From: Saprolegnia diclina VS20
Taxonomy: Eukaryota
Direction: 5' to 3'
Length of the DNA: 64,000 nucleotides
Assembly (NCBI RefSeq): GCF_000281045.1
Contig: NW_008246089.1
Location: 268,737 to 332,736, forward strand
The notes beneath the pieces are model-generated. The model made no database searches. It saw only the letters and a list, made by a program, of their open reading frames with translations, and was not told the DNA's origin. The position numbers and the translations under genes were made by a program. How positions within the stretch are numbered: the stretch's first letter is position 1; each line of letters starts with the position of its first letter. Positions 60,141 through 64,000 of the stretch are shown one piece after another.

Positions 60141-62220
60141 ATGCGCTTCCAGGACGCCCACGGCGGCGGGTGCTCGTTCCGGAGCAAGGCAGCGGTCAAG
60201 AAGGTTGGCGTCGATGCGACCTCGGAGACGCCGGGCGTCGAGTTTGTCTCGGCGGACACGCAGACTGCGATCGCTGCCGACAGCTGGTGCCAGACCGAGC
60301 CGATCGAGTCGTCGACCGGCAAGGTGGCTGTCGACGACGACCGCGTCAAGGCCTTTCTAAACGATGTCGGTGGGCTCATGTTGCGCGAGATGCAGGCAAG
60401 CGCCAAGTCGCTGGCCTTTGACGGTACGATGCTCCATGGCTCCGCTGTCACACGGCCATCGTAGACTTTTCGGTCGAGGAGGCCGATGCTGACGACGCCG
60501 ACCTCACGCGCCTCTTTACGCTCTCGTTTGACTTTTTCACGCACTTCAAGGCGCCGGCCGAGAGTTGTCGCTCGTACAAGAACCCATCTCATGGCCTTAC
60601 TCTAGGCAACGGCGGGCGCCCTTCGGCGTTGCAGTTGCAATGCACGGGCGTCTCGTGGAATGCCACTGGGTCCGTGCTTGCGGTCGCGTATGGCCGGTTT
60701 GACCACTCGGGGTGGTGCGACTACCGGTCCGCGCTCTGTCTTTGGAACATCTTCCACCCTGACTTCAACGTGGCCAAGCCCAGTGTCGTGCTCGAGACCT
60801 CGGTACACCTGGCCCGTTTTCTTGTCAATCGAGTGCTCACCTGACGGCTAGAGCGGTCTCATGTGCGTTGCACACCACCCAACGATGCCTGCTGTCGTCG
60901 CCGCCGGCTCGTTCAACGGCGAAGTGCTCGTCTGGAACACGGCGCTGGAGGAGACGCTCGTCGCGTCGTCTGGCATTGGCGACTACTTTCATCGCGAGCC
61001 CATTGCCAAGGTAATTCCTCCACCAGATGAGAACTTATGGCTCATTTGACCAGGTGTCTTGGATCTACGACCCTGTCGCACGCGACTACAATGTAAACGC
61101 CTTTTGGAGGCCGAGAATATGCATCGCCATCTAGATTGCCAGTGTGAGCGGCGACGGCAAGGTGCTCGTGTGGCAGCTCAAGGACAAGCTCGCATACCCT
61201 GTGGAAGGGTACCTTTTAGGCCCAAAAGCCAAGCTCAAGCCGAGCAAGGGCGCGCCAGCGCCGCTCTTTGGCGGTACAAACCCTTTCTGTTGCATCGACA
61301 CCTCGATTCTCATGCAGGCGTGGCACTTGCATTTCGCACAAATGACCGGACGAACCGCAGCTTTGTCGTCGGCTCGGAAGCCGGGTCCATTAGCCGCTGT
61401 TTCGCCAACAAGGCGACCAAGATGACGGCCAAAGGCGGTACCGCCGGCACCGACGTCCGTTCTTGTCCCACGTATTAAACTAGAGCTCAAGTGGTCCAAC
61501 AACGCCCTTCGCATCGCGAGTATGGCACCGCAGCCAGCCGACTTGCGCCGCTTCGTCGAAGCGTATGCCAAAGACAAGAAGCTCCGAGACGTCCGCGTCA
61601 GCGCAGTTTTTGACGCCAAACCCGATCTCAGCGCCCTGTACCCGAGCGCACTCGACTTTAGCTTTGAAGCGCACGGCGGCCCTGTGTACGACATGGCATT
61701 CTCGCCCTTCCACGGCAGCCTCTTTCTCTCGTGCTCGTCCGATGGCAGCGTGCGGCTGTACCACTACCTCCAAGTAGTCACCCCGTGCCTTCGTCATATT
61801 CATGGAACGCGTAGCGGGACCCGCTGCTCGTCTTCCAAGTCGGCACGAGCTATCTGTACGCCGTTGCGTGGTCCAAGACACGCCCGCTCGTGTTTGCGGT
61901 CGCGAGTGAAGATGGCAATGCCTACGTCTACGATCTGCAGGTGGGCGACATATGTGCGGGTGTCCTTGCTACAAAGGCCATGGCAGGTGAACCGACTCAG
62001 CCCGGTTGCGACCTTGTCGCTGCCCGAGGGGAAGCAGCGCGCAGCCGCCTTGTACACGGTCGAATTCAACCCGCGCCAGCGCAACTTTGTGGCGTGCGGT
62101 GACGGCAACGGCCTTGCGTACGTGTGGAAGCTCAGCTGGCGGCTCTCCAACTTGCGTCCGGACGAACGCGCCGTCCTCGACGGGATCGCCGAGCTCCGGT
62201 CGTCCAACAACAGCACATAG
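60141..62220 (+). CDS. WDR34: Cytoplasmic dynein-2 (retrograde IFT) intermediate chain, WDR34/FAP133-like, multi-exon
   Basis: SWNATGSVLAVAYGRFDHSGWC, AAGSFNGEVLVWN, HREPI, FSPFHGSLFLSCSSDG and WSKTRP. Confidence 0.88.
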
Positions 62221-62240
62221 TGGCTTGTATAGACAAACGA

Positions 62241-62736
62241 TTACGCCACGAGCGTGCATTTCGATATACAATAGGACGCGAGCTGCACCATGTAAATGCC
62301 AATGTTGCAGCTCAGGACCACGACAAGGACCAGCTGGATGCTAGCGACTGCGCCGTTCAGCGTTACCATCGCGGCGCGCACGTTCTCGGGCGACTTGTAG
62401 TAAGCTTGCAGCGTTGAGCTCCCAGCAGTCCATACGAGATCACTCGCGTCCCTACGCTCTGCGTCAGCATGACATATCGATCGCAGCAACGTACGCGGCG
62501 GTCGCGACCACATGGAGGCAGAGACAGGCAAGTACAAAGTGGCTTGCGGCCGAGAGGGCCGACACTACAGCGTGGACAAGCCGCGGTGCCGGCAAGAGCG
62601 CCAGGGCGAGCAGCAGCGACGCGGATGCAAGCGATATGCCAAAGATCGCGTTGGCCAAACCCGGTGCAAAGAGGAGGGGGAGAGCGGTGCCCGGGCACAC
62701 GCCCAAGAAGAGGCACTGCAGCTGGAGACTCACCAT
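62241..62736 (-). CDS. Small hydrophobic (about 4-TM) membrane protein, probably two exons
   Basis: Two hydrophobic ORF segments separated by a short intron-like stretch. Confidence 0.55.
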
Positions 62737-62878
62737 CTACGTCAACAGTAGAGAAATCACGCAAGCAGGTTAGGGCGTTGTACGATGCTGAGGGGCACAC
62801 AGAGGTGGTAGCAGGCGACCACGTCCTTCCACGTCATTATATCGATTCGTCGTCTCGGTTTCGTACAATAACGGTCTC

Positions 62879-64000
62879 ATGGGACGACTCAAGGTCCAGA
62901 AGCGCTTGGAAGATGCGCTTCGGCGCCATGACATGCAGCTCGTCATTTGGATGATCGACTCGGGCGAAGTCCCAGTGGACGTCGAAGCCAATGGCGGTGA
63001 CACGCCGCTGCTCCATGCGGTCGCTTACAACCAAATCGACGTGCTCGACTTGCTCCTGGACCGGTGCGTGATGGCGATGAGCTGCATGCGTGCTCATGAG
63101 GCGTCGTTAGAGGCGTCAACGTCAATGCCGCCAACCGCCACGGCAAGACTGCGCTCATGAAGGCCGCCGCGACGACCGACGTCGACACGACGGACGCGGT
63201 CAACATTCTGCTCCGGCGCGGCGCCAACATCTTTGCAAAGGATCCGAGTGGCAAGACTGCGCTCGACTGGGCGCGGCGCACCAACAACGTCCACGTCGGT
63301 CGTCGCCTCGAGCTGGCGGTACAAGCCCACATTGTCGCGCACCGGGTGACGCATGCCAATCAAGAAGCGGCGGCCCAGCACGACGCGATTGCGCAGATGA
63401 ACGATGCACTTACGACGCAACTCCACGCGCTGCTTTCGCCGTACGCACCGCACGAGGTGCGATGACCGTGGTATGAAAACAGAGCCGGATGCAATGCGTG
63501 TAGGTGCTCGCGCTCGTGACGTCCGCCGCCGTCTCGCACGATATGTACTCGGCCGCGTTCCCGAATGGCCCGCCGTTCTTTGTCAACGCGGAGAGCGCGC
63601 AAGGGTGGACGGCGTTGACGAAGGCCGCCTCGGTCGATGACGTGGAGGGTCTGCGCTGTCTGCTGCAGCACGGGGCCATGGTGGATTATGAATCCAAGCT
63701 GCGGCATACAGCGCTGACGTGGTATGCCATATCCCGACGTGGTTCGGGTCATGACGTGATGACGTGCGTGATGTAGGGCGAGCTACTCGGGCCACACGAA
63801 CGCCGTGCAGTTGCTCTTGCAACACCGCGCACGTGTCGAGTACATGACCCGGGAAAAGATGACGGCGCTGAGTCACGCGTCTCGGAATGGCAAAGCCCAC
63901 GTGGTGGCGATTCTACTAAGCAAATACCGCGAGAGATTCCTACCCCAAAGTAGCCAGCCGGATTACGTCTCAAACGAAGCAAGCGAGTGGCACACGCACT
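62879..64000 (+). CDS. Ankyrin-repeat protein, runs off the window end
   Basis: GDTPLLHAV, GKTALMKAA, GKTALDWA, GWTALTKAA and HTALTW repeats. Confidence 0.88.

Noticed and set aside
1..64000. Transposons, rRNA, CRISPR, RxLR/CRN effectors
   Set aside because: No transposase or reverse-transcriptase motifs, long terminal repeats, rRNA-like sequence, spacer arrays or convincing effector motifs were seen.

Overview
Gene-dense, GC-rich eukaryotic DNA with short (mostly ~40-60 nt) GT-AG introns, very short intergenic spaces and two assembly gaps. Gene content (elicitin-like domain, TKL receptor kinase, flagellar dynein genes, ~1,800-aa duplicated membrane protein) points to an oomycete, probably Saprolegniales; this is an inference. 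I can support about 28 protein-coding genes. Recognisable ones are RPA2, a Pellino-like E3 ligase, ODA-DC2, three TAP-like S33 peptidases, an EF-hand protein, a METTL21-like methyltransferase, REI1/ZNF622, D2HGDH, an EDR2-C protein, an MFS sugar porter, an RlmN-family radical SAM enzyme, a Cdc14-like phosphatase, USP5/UBP14 and WDR34. I found no supportable rRNA, tRNA, CRISPR array or intact transposon. Several of the most interesting items appear only after manual splicing: (1) a PX-like + catalytically degenerate nucleotidyltransferase + winged-helix + two PAM2-motif protein, a candidate membrane-mRNP adaptor; (2) a receptor kinase with a six-cysteine elicitin-like ectodomain; (3) a complete Pellino in a non-animal; (4) a 14-exon ZnF-FN3-TPR-WD40-LysM protein; (5) a tail-anchored RlmN. 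All domain calls come from motifs recognised by eye, not database searches.
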